A DNA stretch of 64,000 bases, taken from the NCBI GenBank assembly GCA_963809895.1, contig CAWELD010000003.1:1824001-1888000 (forward strand), written 5' to 3'. The first letter of the stretch is position 1. The number at the start of each line of letters is the position of its first letter. The stretch is from an uncultured Gemmatimonadales bacterium. Lineage in GTDB: Bacteria; Gemmatimonadota; Gemmatimonadetes; Longimicrobiales; Gaopeijiaceae. Below, piece by piece: positions 50,085-60,939 of the stretch. The position numbers and the translations under genes were made by a program. Under the pieces are notes generated by a model. That model searched no databases. It had not been told where the DNA came from and saw only the letters and a list, made by a program, of their open reading frames with translations.

Positions 50085-51608
50085 TCAGGCGGCTGGAGAC
50101 GCGGATCGGAGGATGAATCTCGCGAACGGAGCGAAGTCCTCGTCGAGCTGGGCCGACTTCAGGGTCGCGAAGTACTCATCGCGCTGGTCCACCCGGATGG
50201 TGAGCCACGGAAGCCCTCCCCCCAGGAACGCCGTGTTCATGAGAAACCGTGCGGTCCTGCCGTTTCCGTCCGGGACCGGATACGCCCACACGAACCAGAG
50301 GTGCACCAGGATACCGCGTAGCATTCCCTGATCGTACCCGATCTCCGCGAGCTCCTTGAAAGATCAGGTCCAGCATCGCCGGCACCTTGGTCACGCCCGG
50401 TGGAACATAGAGGGTGTCCCGGATGAACACGGGTCCTGCTCGCCAGCCGCGGAGATCCTCGATTGGAATGATCCCGGCCTCGACGGAGGGCTTGAAGAGG
50501 TCCGTGTAGAGATCGAGGGCCAGCCCGCTGGTGAGGGGCACCTCTCCGTCGGCGTCACTGATTCGGCGAAGCAGCGTGTCGAACGCGAGCCCGTAGCCGA
50601 GTACTGCGAGTCTCGAGCGGACGTCCTCGATGTCCCGTCGATCGTCAGCACCGCCCCCCAGCAGGATGGACACGTCGTCCAGGCTCAGCCGGTACCCTTC
50701 GATGGACGAGGAGTGATAGGCGTCATACACCTTGGCCTGAGCGGCGTCCTCCAGCAGTTCCGCGAGCTTGATGTATTGTGCCGGGCGACCCATCTCGTCG
50801 ATGCGCTGTCGCAACCGCCTCCCGGGACCGTCGGAACGCCACCCGGAGTCTGATCCAACCAGGGCTGGTGGCTCGTTCCGGTCGAGACGACGACCTGGGG
50901 GACCACGAGCCCCCTCCCGACATCGGTCCGATCCCTTCCGATCCGTACCGACTGCTCCTCTGCCAGCACGCCTTCGATCATATCGGCCAGGCGCTCGTTG
51001 CCCACGTCGCGAGCGATATGCTCCAAGCGCTTGAGAACCACCGGGCGTGGGCGTCGTCGATAGGCCGCGACCAGGGCCGGCCGCGCGAGTGTCAGGGACC
51101 TCATCCAGATCGCCACGTCCTCGATTCCGCCGTCCCGGAGGAACTGCAGGGGTAGCGTGAGGAGCACCGTCTCCGGCGAGTCCACCGGAATGCTCGCCTC
51201 GCCCACATCGACCCATTCGCTACCGGACACGTCTCCGCTCTCGACCCTGATGGACACGCCCGGGAGGATTTCCTCGCGCCAACGTGTCTTGCCCGTCTGT
51301 CGGATACGGATCTCAGGGCCGGGGTCGGTCCTCCCGAGAAGCAGGCGGACAGCCGAGTCGCGCTCGACCACGGCGGGCGCGTACGCGGAGGTGATGTGCT
51401 CAACGATAGGCCACAGGAGCGAGCGGACGACCGTGTCTCGGTCATCTCCCGGCGAGCGTACCACGATCACTCCGCCGGGAATGTAGATCGTCAGATCGAG
51501 CCGGCGAAGAGTCTGCAGGACATCTTTCGGGATGTCGCTTTCAAGGAACACCGGAACCGCTTCGGCGTGCGCTTCCAGCCAAGCAAGTGCGCCCTGTCGA
51601 TCGACCAT
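50085..51608 (-). pseudogene. Fic-domain protein with long N-terminal region, 2-3 frameshifts and a degenerate Fic motif
   Basis: DAYHSSSIEGY, GWRAGPVFI and YPVPDGNGRTARF lie in different frames; shifts near 50852, 50804 and 50360. Confidence 0.75.
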
Positions 51609-51624
51609 GGCCAGCTCTCCTCAT

Positions 51625-51716
51625 GCATACCTGGCCTCGAACCGTATGCATACGTAAGCGCGAACTACTTGCATACATTAGCGCGATAAAGGCGCATACA
51701 CAAGTGCGATGGGCGC
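51625..51716. repeat. Four degenerate 23-bp direct repeats upstream of the Fic gene
   Basis: GCATAC-N7-CGA at 51625, 51648, 51671 and 51694. Confidence 0.8.
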
Positions 51717-51812
51717 AAGAGAGCAAGTAGGGACATCGTGATTCCACCAACCGAGGTCCCACGCGCGTTCGGGAACTCGAATACCTCGCAGAAGGCCTCT
51801 CGGGTCCCGCCC

Positions 51813-51869
51813 TTGACTAATCCGATCATCGGAACATAGCTTCCGGCGACACTATTCCGACGATCGGAA
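51813..51869 (+). promoter_or_regulatory. PadR module promoter with two operators
   Basis: TTGACT-N18-TAGCTT; TCCGAT-C-ATCGGA (51821-51833) and TTCCGA-CGA-TCGGAA (51855-51869). Confidence 0.7.
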
Positions 51870-51903
51870 GTTCTCGAGCCAGACCCCCTGCCCGAACCGA
51901 CCC

Positions 51904-52278
51904 ATGTCCGACGACGAGATTCCCCTGACGCCCCTTACCATGGCCCTCCTCCTGGCACTGGCCGGAGGCGATAGCCACGGTTACGCCCTCATGCAGGAGG
52001 TGGAGCGTCAGACCGACGGGCGCCTCAAGCCGGGAACGGGCAGCCTCTATGCGGCCCTGCAGCGGCTCATGGACGACGGGATGATCGAGGAGTCGCCGGA
52101 CCGACCGGGTCCGGGCGAGGACCGGCGCCGCAAGTACTTCCGGATCACCGCCGCGGGCTGGGCCATGGCTCGCCGGGAGGCGGAGCGGATGCTCCAGGTG
52201 GTGGCGGCGGCGAGGGAGCGGAGAATCCTGCAGGAGCCACCGCCCGGGTTGATCACGGACCCGACGGGGCGGACGTGA
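51904..52278 (+). CDS. PadR family regulator
   Basis: PLTPLTMALLLALA, HGYAL, GSLYAALQRL, RRRKYFRIT. Confidence 0.92.
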   Translation: MSDDEIPLTPLTMALLLALAGGDSHGYALMQEVERQTDGRLKPGTGSLYAALQRLMDDGMIEESPDRPGPGEDRRRKYFRITAAGWAMARREAERMLQVVAAARERRILQEPPPGLITDPTGRT

Positions 52279-55048
52279 CGGAGTCTTCGGGGCGGCCCGG
52301 CAAACGGGACACCGACCGTCGGGACCGACTGGGGCCGGCTCCCGCCCCGGAGCCGGAGTCGAGCAGGCTCTACCGGCTGTTGGCAGCGCTGCTACTGCCG
52401 GGGGGATTCCGGGCCAGCCACGGAGGGTCCATGGAGGAGACCTTCCTGCGGTCGCTCGAGCATGCACGGAGGGTTGGGGGGCGGTGGGGCGTGACGCTGC
52501 GCTGGGCCAAGGAGCTGGTGGACCTGGCGCGGACGGGTGTGAGGCTGAGGATGCCGGGGCGGGGGTCACTTCGCGACGCCGGGAGCGACGTGGACTCGGG
52601 GCATAAAGGGAGGGGGCATGGAGCGCACGCTGGGCGGGTGGGCACGGGGTGGATGGGATGAGGCACGGTTCGCCGTCAGGGGGCTGGTGAGGAACCCGAC
52701 CTTCTCGCTCTTCGCGGCGGGGACACTGGCGTTGGGCGTGGGGTCGTCCACCACCGTCTTCAGCGCGCTGGAGGGAGTGGTGCTGAACCCCCTGCCCTTC
52801 GCGGGCGCCGACCGGATGGTGACGGTGTGGCGGTCGACCGCCGGAGGTCGCGGCTTCCTAGCGCCCCACCTGGCACAGGCCCAGGCGTGGCGAGAGATGA
52901 AGGACGTATTCGAGGACCTGCACGCGTACCGAGCTGGAGGTGCCACCCTCACCGGGCTCGGCGACCCGGTCCAGGTACGACACTTCCGGGCCGATGAGGG
53001 GCTGTTCGGGTTCCTGGGCTACGAGCCGATTCTGGGCCGGACCTTCACCCACGACGAGCACGCGGGCCAGGGAGCCCGGGTGGCGGTGATCTCCGAGGGC
53101 CTCTGGAAGCGGCGTTTCGGGGCCCGGCGCGATGTCCTGGGGACCGCTCTCACCCTGAACGGGGAGCCGTGGACCGTCGTGGGCGTGGTGCCGGAGATCC
53201 CGGACCCCACCGCGGCCATCCTCCCGGTACAGGTGTGGTCGCCCCTGGGCACAGGGGCGGCGGTGACGAACATCTCGACGGTGGGGCGGCTGGAAGAGGG
53301 CGTCACTACGGCGGAAGCGGACGCCCGCCTGGAGGCGTACGCGGAAGGAGCGGCGAGCGCGGCCGGCGACGATCCCTCGGAGTGGGCCGCCCGGGCCATG
53401 CTGGTGGCCGAGTTCGGGCGGGACGGTATCGCCGCCACGCTCCGAAGCCTCATGGCCGCGGCGGTGATCCTCCTCCTGATCGCCTGCGTGAACGTAGCGA
53501 ACCTGTTGCTGCACCGGGCCGTCCGTGTGCGTCGGGAGACGGCTGTGCGAGCCGCGTTGGGGGCCAGCCGCGGGCGGTTGCTGCGCCAAGCCCTGGGGGA
53601 GAGCCTTCTGCTGGGCCTGGCCGGATGCGCGGCAGGGACGGGGTTGGCGTGGATCTCGCTCCGGGCGATCGAAGCCCTCCGTCCCACCCAGATGCGGATG
53701 CTGGATGGGCTCACCCTGAACGCGACGGTCCTCGGCTTCGCCCTGGGTGCGTCGGTCGCGGCGGGGCTCCTCTTCGGCGCACTCCCCGCCCTTCGGCTCG
53801 CGCGCCGCGACTGGGCCGCGGGCGTGGGAGGCGCCTCCTGGGCCGGAAGGGATGGCTCGGATGGACGTCGCGCCCGCTGGGCGTTTGTCGCTGCCGAGAT
53901 CGGCCTGTCCTTCGCGCTGGTGGTCGGAGCTGGGGTGGTGGTGGGGTCGCTCCGGGACATTCAGGCCCGGGACCCCGGGTTCCGAGCGGCGGGCCTTCTC
54001 TCGGTTTCGGTCAGCCTACCCTCCTGGCGCTACCAGGAGGCGGCGGGGAGGGAGGCCGCCTTCGGGTCCATGCTCGACAAGGTCCGCCGGCTCCCAGGAG
54101 TCCAGACAGCCGTGCTGGGCTCGGCGCTCCCGCCGAATCTCGGCGCCCTCTTCGGACGGCTCCAGGTGGAGGGACAGCCCGCCGACGAGGAGAGCGCGTT
54201 CATACGCGCCGGCCAGTACGGTCCGGGTATCCTGCACCTTCTGGGACAACCGCTCCTGGCAGGCCGGGACCTGGAGTCGGGCGACGCCGAAGACGGAACC
54301 AACCCCATCATCGTGGGCCAGACCCTGGCCACGCGGCTCTTCCCTGGCGCGTCGCCTGAAGAGGTGGTGGGACGCCGCTTCCGCACCTCACCGGACGAGG
54401 AATTCCAGACCATCGTGGGCGTGGCTGGCGACATTCGCACCTACCTCCCCGCCACGGAGCGCGACGCCGTAGCCTACTTCCCTCGCGCCGCCACGTACAA
54501 CCAGATGACGCTGGCATTGCGCCTCGCCCCCGGCGCGGCGGCCCCAGACCCCGCGACGCTCCGTTCCCTGATCCGCGAGGTCGAGCCTGACGCCCTGGTC
54601 GAGACCAGCACGGCCAGCCGCATGCTCGCAGAGACGGCGGGAAGGGAGCGCTTCACGACCGCGCTTCTTTCGGCCTTTACCCTGCTGGCGCTCGCGCTGT
54701 CGGCCGTGGGCCTCTACGGCGTCCTCTCTCAGGCCGTCGGCGAACGAACCCGGGAAATCGGAATACGCATGTCCCTGGGGGCCGACGCCAGCAAGATCCG
54801 GGGGATGGTCCTTCGAGGAGGGGCCGCAGCCACCCTGACCGGGCTCGTCGTGGGTGTCGTCGTCGTTCTCGTGGGGATGCGCGTCGCGGCGAGCTGGCTG
54901 GCAGGCCTCACGGGCATCGACGAGACCGGGTGGACCTCCTGGCTCACGGCCGCCCTGGTGGTCTCCGGCGTCTCTCTCCTGGCCACCTGGGTCCCGGCCC
55001 GGCGAGCCATCCGGACCGACCCGGCCCGCGCCATGCGAGGCAGAGTGA
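52275..55048 (+). CDS. ADOP duplicated permease; frameshifts near 52615 and 55039 (uncorrected ORFs 52275-52661 and 52618-55104)
   Basis: Prefix LLPGGFRASHGGSMEE; IACVNVANLLL; REIGIRMSLGA; removing one G gives the MRAE-stop ending. Confidence 0.85.
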
Positions 55049-55061
55049 GCGGCCCGAACGG

Positions 55062-55218
55062 GCCTCGAGCGCGACATCGATGCCGATCTTCTTCCGGTAC
55101 TTGAAGAGGTCGGCGATAGTCTTCGCGATCGAGTAGACACGGACCTCGACGCCCTCCACCTCGTGGACCTCCTGACCTTCTTCGAACGCAGGTCCCGTGA
55201 ACCAGACGAACTCCATGG
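55062..55218 (-). pseudogene. abiEi: Internal abiEi fragment (duplicate of 56700-56856)
   Basis: 157 bp with two synonymous differences from the intact gene. Confidence 0.85.
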
Positions 55219-55256
55219 TTGGACCGGAGACAGACGACGCCTCCAGGTACCAGAGG

Positions 55257-55657
55257 CTCTCAATCCGCCGCCCGTAGCCAACGTCCAAGGCCCTCACCTC
55301 ACAGCGAGTACTCCTCGATCCGCTCCTTGCCCGAGACGCTCACCGGCAGCCGTGTCCCGTCGGCCAGGATCGCGAGCCACTTCTCCGGTCCGTCGTCGCG
55401 CAGCTCGCGCACCCGCTCGAAGTTCACCAGAGCCGAGCGATGGACGCGCACGAATCCGTGCGACTCGAGCTTCTTCTGGAGGGAGCGCATCGTCTCACGC
55501 AGCAGGAGGCTCCTGCCCCCGGTGACCACCTGGACGTAGTTGCCTTCGCTCAGGATGTAGTCGATGTCGCGGACGGGCGTCAGGACGGTGCGGTTCCCGA
55601 CGCGCAGGGGGAGGCGGTCATCGGCGTTGGCCGCACGCAGGCGCTGGATGCTCGACC
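55257..55657 (-). pseudogene. lytTR 3' end copy C plus downstream flank
   Basis: 55299-55657 is near-identical to the 3' part of the 61843 gene; 32-bp flank identical to 57274-57305. Confidence 0.9.
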
Positions 55658-55659
55658 CC

Positions 55660-56582
55660 TCATGCCCATCCCTCACCCGGCTTCCAGCTCTTCCTCATGG
55701 TCCGGCCGGCAGCGGAAGCCTGGAAGACCGGATGCGCGAACTCCCGAACTCGAGCTACGGCCTGGGAGAACTCGTCAGGACCCGAACGGGCCTCGGTCCT
55801 TCGTCGGAAGGCCTCCCACTGCTGCTGGCTATCGGCTTCCTCCGCGAATCCGTCCTGCAAGGCCTCCGGTACCGAACTGGGAATCTCCGTCCGTCGTTGC
55901 CTGAAGGTGGCTTCGATCTGGTCCTGTAGCTTCGGGCCCTCAAAAGGCTCCTCGTTGGACAGGACCAGGATGTCGAAGAAGTCCTTGAAGCGCGTCGTGA
56001 TCCTGCCGAGCTTCACGATTGCCTCGAGCTTCTCGGCGACCACGGCCTCCTTGCTGTAGATCAGCATTCGCGGGCGGGGCAGGTCGAGGATCGCGGGCAG
56101 CTCTGCCGCGATCGGGGCTTCAGCCACGACATCGCCGAAGCCGAGGTCGATCTTGGTCCGAAGTCTGGAGCCGCCCATCCGCCCCGTGACTCGGATCTCG
56201 AAGCCGCGGTATTCTCCCCCTCCTGGGTTTGGATGAACTCCAGGCTGTCCGGGTCGAAGTCGATCGCGTCATCCACGTCGACATCCGCTCCGAGGATCTC
56301 TCTGAAGATCGTGCCGACCTCGGCCTCCGAGTTGGCGAAGTGACCCGCGAAGTCGACATCCCGCGTCGCCCGCTGCGGGTCTCCCCAGAGGAAGAACAGC
56401 CAGGCGCCCTTGAGCACAAAGCGATCGGCATATGCGGATCTGGAGATACGGTACATGAGCCGCTCCGTCGCGTAACGGAGTTGGATGACCTGTGGGTCCT
56501 CGCCGGTCTCACGAGCGAAATTCCGGAGTTGCACGAGGACCGACTGAGCCAGGTTCGTCTTCCCCTCCGTCCAGTGGCTCAT
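55660..56582 (-). CDS. abiEii: AbiEii nucleotidyltransferase toxin; frameshift in a G-run near 56216
   Basis: FVLKGA, RATRDVDF, IDLGFGD, AEKLEA, RFKDFFD; ATGA overlap with abiEi. Confidence 0.88.
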
Positions 56583-57196
56583 GGGGTCGTCGTCAGGGAC
56601 TGGAGGTACGGCCGCATCACCGTTCGCACGCGACACACAGCAGCGTATCGGTCGAGCTCCTCCATGGTGAAGAGTCGATCCCGCCACGCCTCATGAAGAG
56701 CCTCGAGCGCGACATCGATGCCGATCTTCTTACGGTACTTGAAGAGGTCGGCGATAGTCTTCGCGATCGAATAGACACGGACCTCGACGCCCTCCACCTC
56801 GTGGACCTCCTGACCTTCTTCGAACGCAGGTCCCGTGAACCAGACGAACTCCATGGGTGGATCCGAGACATCCGGCTCTCGCCGGTTCTCCCGGTTGAGC
56901 GCCATCCACATCCGGCGAGGCATCTGCGTACCCACCTCATGAAACGCCAGTGCGGACAGGAGACAGACGATGCCCCTAGGCACAAGCTTTGAGGCCTCGG
57001 CGAAGCCGTGCTTCTCCGTGAACTCCGTGTCTGGATGCTTGAACAAGCCAGGAGCGACTTCCAGGAGCTCCCCGCGGTCTCGCAAGCGGTAGAGGAGATA
57101 AGAAGGGAATCCTGCATCCTCGACGTCCCGTGGACGGGCCAAACCCTTCCCGCGGACGAAGTCCCTTACCCGTTCGGTAACGGTACGCTCTTCCAT
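56579..57196 (-). CDS. abiEi: AbiEi type IV antitoxin / regulator
   Basis: N-terminal wHTH, IVCLLSALAFHE, AKTIADLFKYRKKIGIDVALEAL. Confidence 0.9.
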   Translation of the reverse strand: MEERTVTERVRDFVRGKGLARPRDVEDAGFPSYLLYRLRDRGELLEVAPGLFKHPDTEFTEKHGFAEASKLVPRGIVCLLSALAFHEVGTQMPRRMWMALNRENRREPDVSDPPMEFVWFTGPAFEEGQEVHEVEGVEVRVYSIAKTIADLFKYRKKIGIDVALEALHEAWRDRLFTMEELDRYAAVCRVRTVMRPYLQSLTTTP

Positions 57197-57210
57197 CGGA
57201 CGCCCAGATT

Positions 57211-57256
57211 GTGGTGATTTGCGGACACATAACAATATATGTCCGCATTTTACCAC
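57211..57256. promoter_or_regulatory. Inverted-repeat operator of abiE
   Basis: GTGGTGATTTGCGGACA...TGTCCGCATTTTACCAC; AbiEi proteins are known to autorepress through inverted repeats. Confidence 0.75.
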
Positions 57257-57273
57257 GCCGCAAGCGGCAGCCC

Positions 57274-57732
57274 CTCTCAATCCGCCGCCCGTAGCCAACG
57301 TCCAACGCCGTCACATCACAGCGAGTGTCTCTCGATCCGCGCCTTTCCCGAGACGCTCACCGGCAGCCGTGTCCCGTCGGCCAGGATCGCGAGCCACTTC
57401 TCCGGTCCGTCGTCGCGCAGCTCGCGCACCCGCTCGAAGTTCACCAGAGCCGAGCGATGGACGCGCACGAATCCATGCGACTCGAGCTTCTTCTGGAGGG
57501 AGCGCATCGTCTCACGCAGCAGGAGGCTCCTGCCCCCGGTGACCACCTGGACGTAGTTGCCTTCGCTCAGGATGTAGTCGATGTCGCGGACGGGCGTCAG
57601 GACGGTGCGGTTCCCGACGCGCAGGGGGAGGCGGTCATCGGCGTTGGCCGCTCGCAGGCGCTGGATGCTCGACCGGAGGTCTTCCCCGCCCGCTCGCCCC
57701 TCGAGCAGGGCGAGGGCGCGCTCCCAGGCCCG
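57274..57732 (-). pseudogene. lytTR 3' end copy B plus downstream flank
   Basis: 57316-57732 is near-identical to 61843-62259; its last codons have diverged. Confidence 0.9.
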
Positions 57733-57822
57733 TGCTCTGCACCCCGTTTCTGGTCCACTAGAAGCGAGAGTTTTCGAGCTCCTCAGGGCCTGGGGTGAGT
57801 AGAGCGCGATCGAACCGCGTCG

Positions 57823-58155
57823 TCAGCTGACCGGCGCGTCCCCCAGCAGGTCGCGGCCACGGGCGTAGCGCACGACGGCGTCCAGGCGCAGCAACTCCTC
57901 GCGCAGCGCTTGCCGTCCCGCGCCCGCCAGCACGTAGAAGCGCCGGGGCGGGCCTCCGGACACGGGCTCGTCGATGGGGGCGTCGACCTCGTCGATCAAT
58001 CCCTGCTCCACCAGGCGGTGGACGGCCTCGTACAGGGTGCCGGAGCCCAGCACGACCTGCCCCTCGGTGCGCTCCTCGACGGACTGTTTGATGCCGTAGC
58101 CGTGCAGCGGCCCATCGGCGAGGGCGAGGAGGATCTGGAGCGTCCGGGTCGTCAT
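57823..58155 (-). CDS. PadR family regulator (downstream of its ADOP)
   Basis: LQILLALADGPLHGYGI, SGTLYEAVHRL, RRFY. Confidence 0.92.
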   Translation of the reverse strand: MTTRTLQILLALADGPLHGYGIKQSVEERTEGQVVLGSGTLYEAVHRLVEQGLIDEVDAPIDEPVSGGPPRRFYVLAGAGRQALREELLRLDAVVRYARGRDLLGDAPVS

Positions 58156-58159
58156 GCGT

Positions 58160-60781
58160 TCATCCTTCCTCTCGGAGCGCATCCACCGGGTCGATGCGGG
58201 CGGCCCGTTCTGCCGGTACCCATGCAGCCAACACGCCGGAGCCGAGCACCACGGCCGCCACAGCAACGTACGACACCACGTCCCGAGGCGTCACGTACGC
58301 CAGCACGTCCGTCATCGCGCGGGACGCCAGCGCCGCACCCGCCAGTCCCAGCACGATGCCGATGCCCACTGTCGCGCCGGTGCGCGCCACCACATCCCCC
58401 ACCACCCTGGCGCGGCGCGCACCCAGCGCCATGCGGATACCGATCTCCCGGGTACGGGCCCGTGTGGCGTACGCCGTGGTGCCGTACACGCCCACGATGG
58501 CCAGCAGGAGCGCGATCATCGCGAAGGCGCCGAAGAGCCCGGTGTAGAAGCGCGCCCGGGCGCGGCCGTCGGCGGCGAGGCTCTCCACCGTCGCGATGCT
58601 GGTGACGGGAAGCGCAGGATCGATGCGGTGCACCAGAGCCCGGATCGCCGGCGCCAACGCCGCGGCGTCGCCATCGGTCCGGAGCATCAGGTCCATGCTG
58701 CTCCACGGCACGTCCTGGAGCGGGACCATGATCTCCGGCGGCGTCTCCTCACCGACCGTGGTGCGCACGTCCGCCAGGACACCCACGACCTCGTAGTTGG
58801 CCTCGTCGTCGATGCCCTTTCCGCCGGACCTCACGTGCTTGCCGAGGCCCGACTCCCCGGGCCAGTACTTGCGCACGAAGGCCTCGTTGACCACCGCCAC
58901 GGGGGCGGTTCCGTCATCGGTGGGTCCGAAAGCCCGGCCCTCCACCATCCGCGTGCCCACCGTGCGCACGTAGTCCCCACCCACGACGAGCATGGTGATG
59001 AGGTCGCCCTCTTCGTCGGCCGCCGCAGCCTGCCCGGCCGGCGGCTCGGGGCGGTACGTGGAGCTGATGCGCGTGCCGCTGTACGGCGCCTGGATGGCCA
59101 CGCCAACGGAGGTAACGCCGGGGATCGATGCCGCGTCGTCCATGATCCGCTGCCACATCCCCACCCACTCGTCCTTCCCGAAGCGGGGCTTCAGGTCGAG
59201 GCGGGCGCTGGCCAACCCCTCCGGTCGGAAGCCGGGGTCCTCGTGGGCGAGCCGAACCAGGTCGTGGGCCAGGAGTGCGGAGCCCACGGCGAGCACCACC
59301 GCCAGCCCGGTCTCGACGATGACCAACGTCCCGCGCAGGCGCCCCTCGCTGCGGCTTGCCGTGCCGCGCCGTGTGAGCGTCTCCACGCCGGGGACCGTGG
59401 CCGCCGTGCTGCGCAGCGCGGGAAGGAGGCCGAACAGGATGACGGTGCCCATCGCCACCGCGAGGGAGAACGCCAGGCCGCGGCCGTCCACGGCCACCTC
59501 GACCAGCCGAGGCAGCCCTTCCGGCGCGTGGCTACGGAAGAGCGTCACCGCGCCCCACGCCAGGAGCGCGCCGAGGGCTCCTCCGCCGGCGGCGATGAGG
59601 CCACTCTCGGCCAGGAGCTGGCGCACCAGGCGTCCGCGCCCGGCGCCCAGGGCGACGCGCACCGAGAGCTCACGGGCGCGCTGCGCCCCTCGCGTGAGGA
59701 GCAGGCTCGCCACGTTCACGCAGGCGATGAGCAGCAGGAGCGCGACGGCGGCCATCACCCGGTCGAGGGTCGACCCGATCTTGCCCACCACCTGAGTACG
59801 GTAGTCGGCCACCGACCCCCCGATGACGAAGTTCGGCCCGTCGCTCCCGTACACGTCCGTCACCGCCTGGTCGATCCACGCGTCGAGCTCGGCGAGGGTG
59901 CGTCCCGGGCGCGCCCGCGTCACGCCGACGAGAAAGAAGCTGCGTGTGTGCGCCGAGGCGGTGATGGGAAGAGGCACCCAGAGATCCCCGTCGTGGATCA
60001 GTTCGGGGGGCGGCACGAAGTCCCGGGCGAGCACGCCGATGATGGTGTACGGCTCGTCCCCCATCCGGAGCGTGCGGCCCACCACGCCCGGGTCCGCGCC
60101 GAAGCGGTCGCGCCAGAAGCCGTCGCCCAGGACCACCACCTTCTCCGCACCCGGGTCGTACTCCGCATCCACCGGAAAGCGCCCCAGCCCGGCGCGAGCG
60201 CCGAAGAAGGAGAAGAAGCCGCGGGTCACCTGCATCACCGCGTGCCGCTCGAGCCCGTCTCCGAAGTGGAGCACTTTGGCCGTGGGCGAGGCGGCGACCA
60301 CCCCCTCCGCCGGCCCGAGGCCCTGCTGCAGGCGGACCATGAGCCCGTCGCTCAGCGGGCCCACGCCCTCCGGGTCGTTGCGGGCCTGGATGCCGACGCG
60401 CGCCATGCGCTCCGAGCCCGGATACGGGAGCGGCCGGAGCACCACCCGGTCCAGCACGCTGAACACCGCCGTGGTGGCGCCGACCCCCAGCGCCAGGGTG
60501 AGCACCGCGAACAGCGTGAAGGAAGGCGCGCGCCTGAGCACCCGCGCACCGCTTCCCAGATCCGCCAGCAGCTTCCTCATCCTCCTGTCCCCTCCCCCGC
60601 GCCGCACCGCGGCGGCCGCGCGCAAGTGATCGATCACCAGGCGCGGCCAGTAGCCCACGCCTCCCTCCCCCGAGGCCCGGGCCTCACGGTGGAACGCCTC
60701 CATCTCGGACCCATAGCGGTCCCGATACGCCCGAGGGTACAGGCGGACGAGCCAGCGGAAGAGTCGGGAACGGGGCGCCAT
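58160..60781 (-). CDS. ADOP duplicated permease
   Basis: Prefix LYPRAYRDRYGSEM; TLALGVGATTAVFS; IACVNVASLLL; REIGIRMALGA. Confidence 0.93.
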   Translation of the reverse strand: MAPRSRLFRWLVRLYPRAYRDRYGSEMEAFHREARASGEGGVGYWPRLVIDHLRAAAAVRRGGGDRRMRKLLADLGSGARVLRRAPSFTLFAVLTLALGVGATTAVFSVLDRVVLRPLPYPGSERMARVGIQARNDPEGVGPLSDGLMVRLQQGLGPAEGVVAASPTAKVLHFGDGLERHAVMQVTRGFFSFFGARAGLGRFPVDAEYDPGAEKVVVLGDGFWRDRFGADPGVVGRTLRMGDEPYTIIGVLARDFVPPPELIHDGDLWVPLPITASAHTRSFFLVGVTRARPGRTLAELDAWIDQAVTDVYGSDGPNFVIGGSVADYRTQVVGKIGSTLDRVMAAVALLLLIACVNVASLLLTRGAQRARELSVRVALGAGRGRLVRQLLAESGLIAAGGGALGALLAWGAVTLFRSHAPEGLPRLVEVAVDGRGLAFSLAVAMGTVILFGLLPALRSTAATVPGVETLTRRGTASRSEGRLRGTLVIVETGLAVVLAVGSALLAHDLVRLAHEDPGFRPEGLASARLDLKPRFGKDEWVGMWQRIMDDAASIPGVTSVGVAIQAPYSGTRISSTYRPEPPAGQAAAADEEGDLITMLVVGGDYVRTVGTRMVEGRAFGPTDDGTAPVAVVNEAFVRKYWPGESGLGKHVRSGGKGIDDEANYEVVGVLADVRTTVGEETPPEIMVPLQDVPWSSMDLMLRTDGDAAALAPAIRALVHRIDPALPVTSIATVESLAADGRARARFYTGLFGAFAMIALLLAIVGVYGTTAYATRARTREIGIRMALGARRARVVGDVVARTGATVGIGIVLGLAGAALASRAMTDVLAYVTPRDVVSYVAVAAVVLGSGVLAAWVPAERAARIDPVDALREEG

Positions 60782-60794
60782 GCATGATCTCGGA

Positions 60795-60832
60795 AACTAG
60801 ATCGGCGTCCGACAGTCGGACATCGACATAGT
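60795..60832. promoter_or_regulatory. Putative PadR operator upstream of ADOP
   Basis: GTCCGAC-A-GTCGGAC core within ACTAGATCGG...TCGACATAGT. Confidence 0.55.
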
Positions 60833-60939
60833 TAAGGGGCGGAGGTGGAGCCCGCAAGGGCGAGGGAATGGGGGTCGCAGCGCAGCCGACGATGAGATGG
60901 TCACCCCAGGCCCGGACGTACATGCCCTGAGTGATGGGG

